64,000 nucleotides of DNA from an uncultured Actinomycetota bacterium (GTDB lineage Bacteria > Actinomycetota > Actinomycetes > JAHEKZ01). This document shows, piece by piece, positions 10,703-19,874 of this stretch; position 1 is the stretch's first letter; each line of letters starts with the position of its first letter. The notes beneath the pieces are model-generated. The model was not told where the DNA came from. It did not search any database and worked only from the letters and a program-made list of their open reading frames with translations. The stretch is from positions 448,001 to 512,000 of the forward strand of contig CAVURN010000001.1 of the NCBI GenBank assembly GCA_963743915.1, given 5' to 3'. The position numbers and the translations under genes are program-made.

Positions 10703-12817
10703 ATGACCGCCGCCACGCTCGACGAGGTGCTCGGCGACCTCGATCCCGAGCAGCACGCGGTGGCGACCGCACCCCGTGGCCCGGTGTGCGTGCTGGCCGG
10801 GGCCGGCACGGGCAAGACACGAGCCCTCACGCACCGCATCGCGGCACTCGCGATCTCGGGCCAGGTCGACCCGCGGCACGTCCTGGCGCTGACGTTCACG
10901 GCGCGTGCTGCCGGTGAGCTCCGCGGCCGTCTGCGGGCCCTGGGGGTCGACGGCGTCCAGGCTCGGACGTTCCACGCCGCCGCCCTGCGTCAGCTGCGGT
11001 TCTTCTGGCCCTCCGTCGTCGGCGGGACTCCGCCGGGCGTCGCCGCCTCCAAGGCGTCGCTGGTCGCCGAGGCCGCCGGCCGCTTGCGGGTTCGTGCCGA
11101 CGCCACGTTGGTGCGTGACCTTGCGTCCGAGATCGAGTGGGCCAAGGTCAGCCAGATCACACCGGAGGCGTATGCGGCTCGGGCAGGTGCCGCGGCACGC
11201 GCTGCGCCGGGTGACCTCGACCTCGCGACCGTCGGACGCATCTACGGGGCCTACGACACTGTCAAGTCCGACCGCGGTGTCATCGACTTCGAGGACGTCC
11301 TGCTGCTGACGGCGGGGATGGTCGCCGACGATGCCGCGATGGCGACGACCGTCCGCGACCAGTACCGCTGTCTGCTGGTGGACGAGTACCAGGACGTCAG
11401 TCCGATCCAACAGCACCTTCTCGACCTCTGGCTCGCCGAGCGCGACGACCTGACCGTCGTCGGGGACGCCAACCAGACGATCTACTCCTTCGCCGGAGCG
11501 AGCCCGGACTTCCTGCTCGACTTCTCCCGACGGTTCCCGGGCGCCTCCGTGCTGCGTCTCGAACGGAGCTACCGCTCCACTCCGCAGGTCGTCGAGACCG
11601 CCAACCGACTCCTCACGTCGGCGCCCGGTGCCGCCGCCCGCCAGCGGGTGGTGCTCCGTGCCCAGCGTCCACCCGGACCGGAGCCGGAGTGGATCGCGGC
11701 AGCTGACGAGGCCGCCGAGGTGGGAGCAGTGGTTGAACGGATTCGACAGCTGGTGGCCTCGGGAGCGGACCCACGCGAGATCGCGGTGCTCTACCGGATC
11801 AACGCTCAGAGCGCCTCCTTCGAGGAGGCGCTCACCGAGGTGGGCGTCCGGTACACCGTGCGCGGAGGCGAGCGCTTCTTCGAGCGGCGCGAGGTACGGG
11901 ACGCCCTCGCGCTGCTGCGTGGTGCCACCCGCGCGGAGGCCGAGGAGCAGGGCATCGAAGGAGGTCTCCCCGATCAGGTCGCGGCGATCCTGAGCACCAT
12001 CGGGTACGGGCCCACGCCCCCGCCCGGTCCCAGTCAGGCGCGTGACCGCTGGGAGTCGTGGGCAGCGCTGGTGTCGGTGGCCCGCGAGCTGGTGGTGTCC
12101 CGGCCGCAGGCGACGCTCGTCGACCTGGCCGAGGAGCTGCAGCACCGGGCGACCACGCAGCATGCGCCGGCCGGCGACGGCGTGACCCTGGCGTCACTCC
12201 ACTCGGCAAAGGGCCTGGAGTGGGACACCGTCTTCCTGGTGGGTCTCACCGACGGCATGATGCCGATCACCTACGCCTCCACGCCGGAGCAGGTGGCTGA
12301 GGAGCGAAGGCTGCTCTACGTCGGCATCACGCGTGCCCGCACGCGCCTGGTGTTCTCCTACGCCCGCACACGCAACGCCGGTGACCGGCGCACACGTCAG
12401 CCTTCGCCGTTCCTGCGCTCACTGGGCACGGGCTTCGCCGAGGAGGACCACGCGACACCGGCGCGCACTGCGCGGAGCAGAGCGCCGGCTGCGTGCCGAG
12501 GATGCGGTCGAGCCCTCACCACGCCGACCGAGCGCAAGTTGCGGCACTGTGCCCACTGCGAGGTCGACATCGACCTCGAGCTGTTCGAGTCGCTGCGCAA
12601 GTGGCGCAAGCAGACTGCGGAGGACGCCGCCGTCCCTGCCTTCGTGGTGTTCACCGACGCGACGCTCACGGCGGTGGCGATGGAGCACCCCACGTCCGAG
12701 AGCGCCCTGCGTCGCATCCCCGGCATCGGTCAGGTGAAGGTCGAACGCTACGGATCGGCTCTGCTCGACGTGGTGCGACGCCACGCTTCGCAGACTCCTG
12801 CGCGCGACACGCAGTAA
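10703..12817 (+). CDS. uvrD2: ATP-dependent DNA helicase UvrD2 with tetracysteine and HRDC domains
   Basis: AGAGTGKT, LVDEYQD, SLHSAKGLEW, CRGC...CAHC and HRDC motif VPAFVVFTDATL. Confidence 0.93.
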   Translation: MTAATLDEVLGDLDPEQHAVATAPRGPVCVLAGAGTGKTRALTHRIAALAISGQVDPRHVLALTFTARAAGELRGRLRALGVDGVQARTFHAAALRQLRFFWPSVVGGTPPGVAASKASLVAEAAGRLRVRADATLVRDLASEIEWAKVSQITPEAYAARAGAAARAAPGDLDLATVGRIYGAYDTVKSDRGVIDFEDVLLLTAGMVADDAAMATTVRDQYRCLLVDEYQDVSPIQQHLLDLWLAERDDLTVVGDANQTIYSFAGASPDFLLDFSRRFPGASVLRLERSYRSTPQVVETANRLLTSAPGAAARQRVVLRAQRPPGPEPEWIAAADEAAEVGAVVERIRQLVASGADPREIAVLYRINAQSASFEEALTEVGVRYTVRGGERFFERREVRDALALLRGATRAEAEEQGIEGGLPDQVAAILSTIGYGPTPPPGPSQARDRWESWAALVSVARELVVSRPQATLVDLAEELQHRATTQHAPAGDGVTLASLHSAKGLEWDTVFLVGLTDGMMPITYASTPEQVAEERRLLYVGITRARTRLVFSYARTRNAGDRRTRQPSPFLRSLGTGFAEEDHATPARTARSRAPAACRGCGRALTTPTERKLRHCAHCEVDIDLELFESLRKWRKQTAEDAAVPAFVVFTDATLTAVAMEHPTSESALRRIPGIGQVKVERYGSALLDVVRRHASQTPARDTQ

Positions 12818-12852
12818 TTGGCTTGCCAGCCTCGCCGGCCTTCCCCTACCCT
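12814..12852 (+). promoter_or_regulatory. WhiB7-dependent promoter of the whiB7 operon
   Basis: AT-rich GTAATT 3 nt upstream of -35 TTGCCA (12823), 18-nt spacer, -10 TACCCT (12847). Confidence 0.7.
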
Positions 12853-12930
12853 CCTCAGGAACGCCGACGCGTTGTTCGCCTGCTCACCGGAGCAGCGACG
12901 CCCGGCCCGTGCGAAAGGAGGTGGCTGAAA

Positions 12931-13065
12931 ATGATCGAGACCATGAAGACGCGCTTCGTCCTCGTGCCGTCCGCTGCTGCCACCTCCGGGTGCGCGGCTG
13001 ACGTGCGCCCGCAGGGCGCCAGCGCCGTCTTCGGCGGTTCTCACGCCTGGAGTCCACCTGTGTAG
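12931..13065 (+). CDS. whiB7/wblC leader peptide (uORF), 44 aa
   Basis: Strong RBS AAAGGAGGT; MIETMKTRF...HAWSPPV; immediately precedes an intrinsic terminator upstream of whiB7. Confidence 0.75.
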   Translation: MIETMKTRFVLVPSAAATSGCAADVRPQGASAVFGGSHAWSPPV

Positions 13066-13085
13066 ACACGCACTGGGCTGACTCC

Positions 13086-13128
13086 AGGCCACGGACCCGA
13101 AGACCTCGGATCCGTGGCCTTTTCGTTT
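13086..13128 (+). terminator. Rho-independent attenuator terminator in the whiB7 leader
   Basis: AGGCCACGGA...TCCGTGGCCT stem followed by TTTCGTTT. Confidence 0.85.
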
Positions 13129-13160
13129 GTCCCGACCACCACACCAGGAGGTGACCCGCA

Positions 13161-13484
13161 GTGACCGCCATGCCGATGACCTCGGACCTGCTCGACGCGG
13201 GGATGCACGCACTCCTCTCGCCCTCGGAGCCGCTGACCCCCACCTCCGTGTGGACGGTCCCGTGCCATGAAGGTGACCCCGAGCTCTGGTTCGCCGACAC
13301 CCCCGCGGGGGTCGAGGCCGCCAAGCACCTCTGCCGCAGCTGCCCGCTGCAGGAGGCGTGCCTGGCCGGGGCAATGGAGCGCTCCGAGCCATGGGGCGTC
13401 TGGGGAGGCCAGCTCTTCGAGCAGGGGGTCGTGGTACCGCGCAAGCGGCCTCGCGGCCGGCCCCGCAAGAACGAAGTGGCTTGA
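13161..13484 (+). CDS. whiB7: WhiB7/WblC transcriptional activator
   Basis: Four Cys, EPWGVWGG and C-terminal AT-hook RKRPRGRPRK. Confidence 0.95.
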   Translation: MTAMPMTSDLLDAGMHALLSPSEPLTPTSVWTVPCHEGDPELWFADTPAGVEAAKHLCRSCPLQEACLAGAMERSEPWGVWGGQLFEQGVVVPRKRPRGRPRKNEVA

Positions 13485-13525
13485 CCAGCATCAAGACAAC
13501 GAACATCTCAACAAGGAGTCAGACA

Positions 13526-13708
13526 ATGTTTGTGCACGAAGAACTCGCACGCGCTCATCATGAACGCTTCGTCCGCGACAGCCAGCAGCTGGCGCGCGCC
13601 CGCCGGCTCGTGGCGGCCCGCAAGGCCCGCCGTCGTGCCGAGCGTGCCGCGTGCGTCGCCCGTGAGGCGGCGCTCCAGGCTGCGCTGGCCCAGTCGAGCT
13701 TGATGTGA
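13526..13708 (+). CDS. Small Arg/Ala-rich hypothetical protein downstream of whiB7
   Basis: RBS AAGGAG; MFVHEELARAHHER...; followed by a strong hairpin. Confidence 0.7.
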   Translation: MFVHEELARAHHERFVRDSQQLARARRLVAARKARRRAERAACVAREAALQAALAQSSLM

Positions 13709-13717
13709 GCCCGACGA

Positions 13718-13757
13718 CGTAGGGGAGGGACACCGGTTCCGGAGTCCCTCCCCTACG
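13718..13757 (+). terminator. Hairpin terminator of the whiB7 operon
   Basis: 14-bp perfect inverted repeat CGTAGGGGAGGGAC/GTCCCTCCCCTACG. Confidence 0.75.
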
Positions 13758-13765
13758 CATGTCCG

Positions 13766-13835
13766 GTGATCGGAGCACTGCAGTCACTTTCGGGGCACGA
13801 GCGAACGCCGAGAATGACTGGAACGCTTCGATCAC
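13766..13835. repeat. Imperfect 28-bp inverted repeat (REP-like)
   Basis: Arms 13766-13793 and 13808-13835 match at 22 of 28 positions; lies between convergent genes. Confidence 0.6.
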
Positions 13836-13838
13836 GCG

Positions 13839-15149
13839 TCAGGCGGGACGGGCGAAACCCGGCAACCACTCTTCGGCCTCGCCCCGGAACCGTGCGGTGC
13901 TGCCGAGCTGGCAGAGCACCCCCATGACGCCCAGCGTCACCCGGTGGATGAGCAGGTACGAGGGCGGCAGGTTGAGCTTCATCCCGGTCGTCGCCTTCCG
14001 GAGGTCGGCGAGACGCAGCGCCTCCGCGCGCAGCCATGGCCGGTCGAACCGGAACTCGTCGTGGCGCAGCGGTTCGAGCAGCGGCACCAGGTAGCCCAGC
14101 AGCTCGTCGGCGTCGATGGTGACCGACGGCCGCACGAACCCTTCGGCCCGCAGTCCCTCGAGCACCCCTTCGGCGTCACCCTCCAGTGCGCGGCGGGCGA
14201 GCATGCCGATCGGTCGCGGAAGGCCGAGCGGCAAGCCGGTCGACCGCACCGAAGTCGAGGATCGCCAGCCGTCCGTCGTCCAGCAGCCGGAAGTTGCCGG
14301 GATGAGGGTCGGCGTGCAGCAGCCGCGCCCTGGCGGGCGCAGAGAACAGCAGCCGCGCCAGCAGGAGGCCGGAGCGGTTGCGCGCCTCGTCAGCGCCCTC
14401 GTCGATGATCGTGCGCAGCGGAGTGCCGTCCACCCACTCGGTGACGAGAACCTCGTCGCCGGCGTGGACGACGTCGGGGATGAGGAAGTCGACATCGTCG
14501 AGGAAGGCCTTGCGGAACGCCCGCTGGGAGCGCGCCTCGCGCCGGTAGTCCAGCTCCTCGTCCATGCGCCGCTGCAGCTCGTCGACGAGCGGTGCGACGT
14601 CCAGTCCGGGGGAGAGCGGCCCCATCATCCGCATCATCCGACCGATCTGGGTCAGGTCCGAGCGCAGCGCCTGACTGGCACCGGGGTACTGGATCTTGAC
14701 CGCGACCCGCGACCGTCCCGCCACACCGCCCGGTGCACCTGACCGATGGACGCGGCGGCCGCGGGGTCGTCGTCGAACTCGAGGAACCGTTGGCGCCACC
14801 GCGGACCGATCTGTTCGGCCAGCACCGTGTGGACCCGGTCGGCGGGGAGCGCCGGTGCGGCCTCCTGCAGCTGCGCGAGCGAGGCACGGTAGGGGGCGGC
14901 GAGCTCCTCGGGGATCGCTGCCTCGAAGACCGACAGCGCCTGTCCCACCTTCATGGCGCCGCCCTTGAGCTCGCCCAGGACCCGGAACATCTGCTCGGCG
15001 GTCCGCTGCTGGACCTCGGCCACGACCAGCTCGGTCGGCTTGCCGCCGACGCGCTTGCCGACGCCCCAGGCCGTGCGCCCCGCGAAGCCCAGCGGCAGGG
15101 TCGCGAGCTTCGCCGTGCGGGTCACCGCACGTCGGGGAAGGTCGGGCAC
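13839..15149 (-). CDS. ABC1/AarF/UbiB family atypical kinase (two apparent frameshifts, ~14710 and ~14230)
   Basis: LGELKGGAMKVGQ, AAASIGQVH, VAVKIQYPG, LLHADPHPGNF, LDFG and LNLPPSYLLIHRV, split across three frames. Confidence 0.85.
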
Positions 15150-15163
15150 CCGTCCATTGTCCG

Positions 15164-16180
15164 TCACCCGGCGAGGTCCGGCCATGCGCACCCGCATTCG
15201 GGGTGCCGGGCCACCGGGAGAAGCCGCACGCTGCCCTCCGGCGCCGTCAGCTCCAGCTGGCCGGTCAGCGTGGTCGGCTCACCCCCCGTCATCCACTCGA
15301 GGACGTGCGAGGTGGCCAGGTGGGCCGTCATGCCGACGAGCGACGCGTCCGTGTCCGTTCGGGTGTGGGGGTCGAGCTGCCTCCACACCTGGGCCCAGCC
15401 GGGGTCACGGTCGCGACGGGCCAGGGTGACGCAGTGGTGACATGGAGTGGCGCCAGGGACGACCAGGGGTCCCACGCGTCCGATCCGCTCCTGGCAGGTG
15501 ACGACGAGGTGGGGTGTCCCAGAAGCCACCAGGCGGCGACTGCGCGTCTCGACGTCGACGGCATCGGTGAGGACGTGCAGGCTCTGCTGGACGTAGCGCG
15601 GGGCCTGGCGAGTGACCCACGGCTGACGCAGGGCGGGGAGCTCAGATCGCTGCCGACCGACCTCCGTGGGGGCGAACCCGCCGACGCTGACATCGCTGGC
15701 CTCGACGCGCCGGGTGTCATGGGCATCGACCCGGGCGACGCCCGCGGCGGTGAGCGAGGTCCAGACGGTGGCCCCGAGCCGACTCAGTCCTTCCACCACC
15801 ACGCGGGTCCGGGCGAGCTGGTCGAAGCGCGACGCCGGGTCGGCCCGGAAGCGCGGCAGAGTGCCGGCGACGCGGTGGTCGGGGAGCAGCCGCGCCAGAC
15901 CCTCGGGGGTCAGGCCACGACCACCGGGCCAGCGTCGGCCGTCGATGAGGACACCGAAGTGCAGCAGTCGCTCGAGGACGATGTCGACCACCGACCCTGG
16001 GGCGTCCAGCGCCGCCACGAGCTGGTCGCGGTCGCGGGAGCCGTCGAGCAGGGGAAGCAGGTCCCGCGCGAGCTCGGGCAGCCCGGTGACGACAAGAGGC
16101 TGGGGGACCTCGATCCCGAACTGGATCGTGTCACGCGCGCGCCAGGCCCAGCGGAGACCGGGAAGGAGGAGTGGACGCAC
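15164..16180 (-). CDS. ThiF/E1-like ('TOMM leader-binding') protein of the conserved whiB7 neighbourhood
   Basis: MRPLLLPGLRWAWR...QFG, Rossmann-like VEGLSRLG, VGPLVVPGATPCHHC, C-terminal HPECGC. Confidence 0.75.
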   Translation of the reverse strand: MRPLLLPGLRWAWRARDTIQFGIEVPQPLVVTGLPELARDLLPLLDGSRDRDQLVAALDAPGSVVDIVLERLLHFGVLIDGRRWPGGRGLTPEGLARLLPDHRVAGTLPRFRADPASRFDQLARTRVVVEGLSRLGATVWTSLTAAGVARVDAHDTRRVEASDVSVGGFAPTEVGRQRSELPALRQPWVTRQAPRYVQQSLHVLTDAVDVETRSRRLVASGTPHLVVTCQERIGRVGPLVVPGATPCHHCVTLARRDRDPGWAQVWRQLDPHTRTDTDASLVGMTAHLATSHVLEWMTGGEPTTLTGQLELTAPEGSVRLLPVARHPECGCAWPDLAG

Positions 16181-16293
16181 CGCGGCAGCGTGGCACGTCG
16201 ACGGGCGTCAGGGAGCGATGTCCACAGCCGGTGCCAGGACGCGACGAGGCGCCCCCCAGGGAGAGGAGCGCCTCGTGGTGCAGTGTGCGGTGG

Positions 16294-16449
16294 CTAGGCC
16301 TTGCCGAGGATGCGGTTGAGCTTGGTGCCGCAGACCGGACAGATGCCCTTGGCCATGCGTCGGCCGTTGGTCTCGTGCACCTCGCCGGTGAACTCGCGCT
16401 TCTCCTTGCACTTCACGCAGTAGGCGTCGCCGGTGTAACTCTCGGCCAT
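16294..16449 (-). CDS. DUF5679 small zinc-ribbon protein
   Basis: RBS AGGAGG; YCVKCKEKR...MAKGICPVCGTKLNRILGK. Confidence 0.85.
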   Translation of the reverse strand: MAESYTGDAYCVKCKEKREFTGEVHETNGRRMAKGICPVCGTKLNRILGKA

Positions 16450-16575
16450 CGTGGTGTCCTCCTGCTCGGTCACGGGACGGGTGTCCCGACGGGGCCACGG
16501 AGGCCGTGGCAGAAAGACCCTACGCCAGGAGGGGGCGACGACGGCGCAGCCGCGCGGAACGCCCCGGCCACCCCT

Positions 16576-16895
16576 TTGTCCACAGGTTGTCCACAGACCC
16601 CCGCCGCTCTGGGAGCAGAACACGAAGCCCCCGGGTCGCGCAGTCCGTCGTTCGCCTTCCCCTTGCGAACGCCGGACCCGTTATCCCGGGGGCCTCGACG
16701 CGGGAGAACGTAGAGGCCCGAGGGGACCTCCGTCAACGTCGCGCGGCGCGCCGCTGTGGACGCGGCTGTGGACAGCCTGGGGATGCGCCCGCGTGTTGCT
16801 GTGGAGCACATCCGGGACGGCATGGGGATACCGCGCGGTCACCTGCGTCGGCACCGGCATGACCTGCACCGATGTCATCCCCCGGGTGTGGACGG
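16576..16895. promoter_or_regulatory. Cluster of DnaA-box-like 9-mers
   Basis: Two perfect TTGTCCACA (16576, 16587), six reverse-orientation degenerate boxes (16755, 16767, 16778, 16800, 16823, 16887) and TCATCCCCC (16875). Confidence 0.65.
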
Positions 16896-16932
16896 AAAAA
16901 AGTTCGTGGGTGCGGAGCCGTACGGTGACCGC

Positions 16933-17463
16933 ATGAGCGATCCAGACCATGACCGACCCGACGTCGAGGTGCGACGCAGCGCGCGCCGGCGCCGCACCGT
17001 GTCGGCGTACCGCGAGGGCACGCGCACGATCGTCCTGCTGCCCGCGCGCATGACCAAGGCGGAGGAAGCACAGTGGGTCGCCACGATGCTCGAACGCCTC
17101 GAGGCCCAGGAGCGTCGCAGCACGCCTTCTGACGAACAGCTGTGGGACCGGGCGCAGCGCCTGTCGGCCCGCTATCTGCAGGGTCGGGCACGCCCAAGCA
17201 GCGTGCGCTGGGTCACCAACCAACGCAGCCGCTGGGGCTCCTGCACGGTGCAGGACGCATCCATCCGGCTGTCCCACCGACTCCAGGGCATGCCGGAGTG
17301 GGTCGTGGACTACGTCCTGCTGCATGAGCTCGCTCACCTGCTCGAGCCGTCGCACGGCGCGAAGTTCTGGGCGCTCCTCACCGACTATCCCGACGTGGAC
17401 AGGGCGCGTGGATTCCTCGACGGCTGGTCGCTCGCGCTGCAACAGGCAGGTGTCAGCGACTAG
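16933..17463 (+). CDS. M48/YgjP (DUF45) family metal-dependent hydrolase
   Basis: VEVRRSARRRRTVSAYR, RWGSCT, YVLLHELAHL, HG..FW. Confidence 0.88.
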   Translation: MSDPDHDRPDVEVRRSARRRRTVSAYREGTRTIVLLPARMTKAEEAQWVATMLERLEAQERRSTPSDEQLWDRAQRLSARYLQGRARPSSVRWVTNQRSRWGSCTVQDASIRLSHRLQGMPEWVVDYVLLHELAHLLEPSHGAKFWALLTDYPDVDRARGFLDGWSLALQQAGVSD

Positions 17464-17992
17464 AGGTCGCGGCGCGCACCAGACGGCGCACGGCGTCATC
17501 GGTCTCGTGGGGCAGCGCCCCGACGGGGAACCACCGTACGTCGGCGGACTCCTCGCTGACCTGCGGCCGCGCGTCGTCCGGCGCGGTGGCGAGGAACTGC
17601 ACGTCCAGGTGGTCGCGCGCATCGGGGGCACAGGGTGCGGGGTGCCGGTCGAGCCTCAGCGGCTCCTCGTGCACCAGGCGCAGCGTCTGGAGTCCGGACT
17701 CCTCCGTCGCTTCCCGCAGCGCGGCTGACGCGAGTGTGCGGTCACCGGGCTCGAGGTGACCACCGAACTGCAGCCAGAGCCCCACCTTGCGGTGCAGGCC
17801 CAGGAGCACGCATGTCCGGGACACGTTGATGACCAGTGCCGAGGCGGTCAGGTGGTCGGGGCGTCCGGATCGCGACCAGGCAGCGGGGCGCGACGCCACA
17901 TAGGCGGTGACCGAGTCGCGGAGCGCAGCCTGCTCCGACGAGGCAGGATGCCAGTCGTGCAAGGTCGCGAGCGACGACTCCTGCAGTGTCAC
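17453..17992 (-). CDS. NUDIX hydrolase
   Basis: HLTASALV, WLQFGGHLEPGD..LASAALREATEESG. Confidence 0.88.
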   Translation of the reverse strand: MTLQESSLATLHDWHPASSEQAALRDSVTAYVASRPAAWSRSGRPDHLTASALVINVSRTCVLLGLHRKVGLWLQFGGHLEPGDRTLASAALREATEESGLQTLRLVHEEPLRLDRHPAPCAPDARDHLDVQFLATAPDDARPQVSEESADVRWFPVGALPHETDDAVRRLVRAATSSR

Positions 17993-19302
17993 CCGGCGTC
18001 GTCGTCAGCAGCCGGTTCGGCCGGAGGGGGTGTGTCCTCGAGTGCGCTGAGGTCGAGAACCCCGGTCGAACGCGCGACAAAGGCCGCGGGGTCGTCGAGG
18101 TCGGACGCGTCGGGCAGTAAGTCCGGGTGGTCCCACACGGCGTCGCGGTCGGTCTGCGAGCGCTCGGTCGCGAGGTGGCGCCACAACGCGGCGGCGTCCC
18201 GGAGTCGGCGGGGCCGCAGCTGAAGGCCGACCAGCGTCTCGAAGGTCCGCTCCGCGGGTCCACCGGTCGCGCGGCGGCGGCGCATCGTCTCGCGCAGGGC
18301 GTCGAACGCAGGGAGCCGATCGGCGGCCGCCAGTGCGGTGACCTCGTCCACCCATCCCTCGATCAGCGCGAGCAGCACCTCGAGCCGGTCGAGAGCGGTC
18401 TGCTGCTCAGGTGTCGTCGGCGGCTCGAAGACGCCGGACGACATCAGCTCGGCGATCGCCTCGGGGCGGCTGGGGTCGATTCCGCCGAGGGCGCTCTCGA
18501 TGGCGCCGACGTCGACGGCGATCCCTCGGGCGTAGTCGGCGACTGCCGCCTCGATGTGTCCCGCCAGCCAGGGCGCGTGGTGGAAGAGCCGGACATGTGC
18601 GCACTCCCGAAGGGCCAGGTAGAGGCGCACCTGGTCGTCGGGGATCTCGAGGCCCTCACCGAAGGCGGCGATGTTCCGGGGCACCAGCGCGACGGTTCCC
18701 GTGGACGCCAGAGGCACACCGACATCGGTGGACGACAGCACCTCCTGCGCGAGCGCGCCGAGCCCTTGTCCTACCTGCCCGCCGAACATCACGCCGGACA
18801 TCTGGCTCATGACGCCCATGAGGGGTCCTGCCATGGCGCGCATCTCTTCGGGCATCTGCCCCGGCAGCGACTCGCTGGTCGCCGCGGACATCCGCTCGGC
18901 CAGCGGTGCGACAAGCGTCTTCCACCGGGGGAGGGTGTGCTCGATCCACTCGGCGCGGCTCCACGCCTCGACGCTGCTGGTTGCACTCGGGAGTGCGGTC
19001 GCGTCCTCGAGCCACAGGTCGGCGAGGGCGACGGCCTCGGTCACGGCCGCTCGTTCGGCGGGCGTGACCGACGGGTCGCCCTCAGCGGCGACCACCTGGC
19101 GCGCTGTGTCGCGCGCGAGGTCCCAGTGGACCGGCCCGGACGAGGTCGAGAGCAGCTGTCCGAAGCGCTGCAGGGCGGCACCGAGATCGGCGGTGCCCAT
19201 GCCCCCGAGCATGGCCGAGAACGGATCGGCGGGCGTGCCCGAGTCATCGGGATCGCGGTCAGGGTCGGAGGGGCCGAAGCCGAACGGCAGATCGCTCACC
19301 AT
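17989..19302 (-). CDS. Zinc-dependent metalloprotease-like protein (DUF2342)
   Basis: LPFGFG, GPVHWDLA, LRECAHVRLF, LALIEGWVD, RRATGGPAE, WDHPDLLP. Confidence 0.88.
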   Translation of the reverse strand: MVSDLPFGFGPSDPDRDPDDSGTPADPFSAMLGGMGTADLGAALQRFGQLLSTSSGPVHWDLARDTARQVVAAEGDPSVTPAERAAVTEAVALADLWLEDATALPSATSSVEAWSRAEWIEHTLPRWKTLVAPLAERMSAATSESLPGQMPEEMRAMAGPLMGVMSQMSGVMFGGQVGQGLGALAQEVLSSTDVGVPLASTGTVALVPRNIAAFGEGLEIPDDQVRLYLALRECAHVRLFHHAPWLAGHIEAAVADYARGIAVDVGAIESALGGIDPSRPEAIAELMSSGVFEPPTTPEQQTALDRLEVLLALIEGWVDEVTALAAADRLPAFDALRETMRRRRATGGPAERTFETLVGLQLRPRRLRDAAALWRHLATERSQTDRDAVWDHPDLLPDASDLDDPAAFVARSTGVLDLSALEDTPPPAEPAADDDAG

Positions 19303-19374
19303 GCCACGGTAACCGGCAGCGCCCCCGAGGGCGTCCCGCGATCGCTGGTGGCGTAACGGGGTAGGTTCGGCGGC

Positions 19375-19809
19375 GTGGACCGCCTGATCCCCCCCGAGGT
19401 GGCGATCGCGGACGAGCCGTTGTCCGTGGACGCCGTCGTCAGGGCGGTGAGCCACCCGGCTGCCGGTGGGCTCGTCCTGTTCATCGGAACGGTCCGCGAC
19501 CACGACCGCGAGCCCGAGCAAGGGGTGGCCTCCCTCGACTACTCGGCGCACCCCCAGGCACTGGCTGCTCTCGAACGGGTGGCCACCGAGGTGGCCGACC
19601 TGTTTCCCGGGGCCCGACTGGCTGCCCATCACAGGGTGGGCCATCTGACGGTGGGCGACCTCGCCGTGGTGGTGGCTGCCGCTTCGGCCCACCGCGACGA
19701 GGCGTTCCGCGCAGCCCGCCGGTTGATCGACGAGCTCAAGGCCGGCGTTCCCATCTGGAAGCACCAGACGTTCACTGACGGAACCGAGGAGTGGGTAGGA
19801 CTGCCGTAA
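19375..19809 (+). CDS. moaE: Molybdopterin synthase catalytic subunit MoaE
   Basis: FIGTVRDHD, HRVGHLTVGD, AHRDEAF, LKAGVPIWKHQ. Confidence 0.92.
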   Translation: MDRLIPPEVAIADEPLSVDAVVRAVSHPAAGGLVLFIGTVRDHDREPEQGVASLDYSAHPQALAALERVATEVADLFPGARLAAHHRVGHLTVGDLAVVVAAASAHRDEAFRAARRLIDELKAGVPIWKHQTFTDGTEEWVGLP

Positions 19810-19874
19810 CATGGCGGTGTCCGTCCGTCTGCTGGACGGGTCCAGTCCGAGGCGAGCGCGGGAAGGAGCCGGGC

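Noticed and set aside
15164-16449. TOMM/RiPP biosynthetic cluster
   Set aside because: No YcaO, dehydrogenase or precursor peptide is present. The ThiF-like gene belongs to the conserved whiB7 neighbourhood, and the small Cys protein is a zinc ribbon.
16576-16905. True oriC or plasmid origin
   Set aside because: No dnaA, dnaN, rpmH or rep gene nearby and no extended AT-rich unwinding element. Kept only as a non-origin box cluster.
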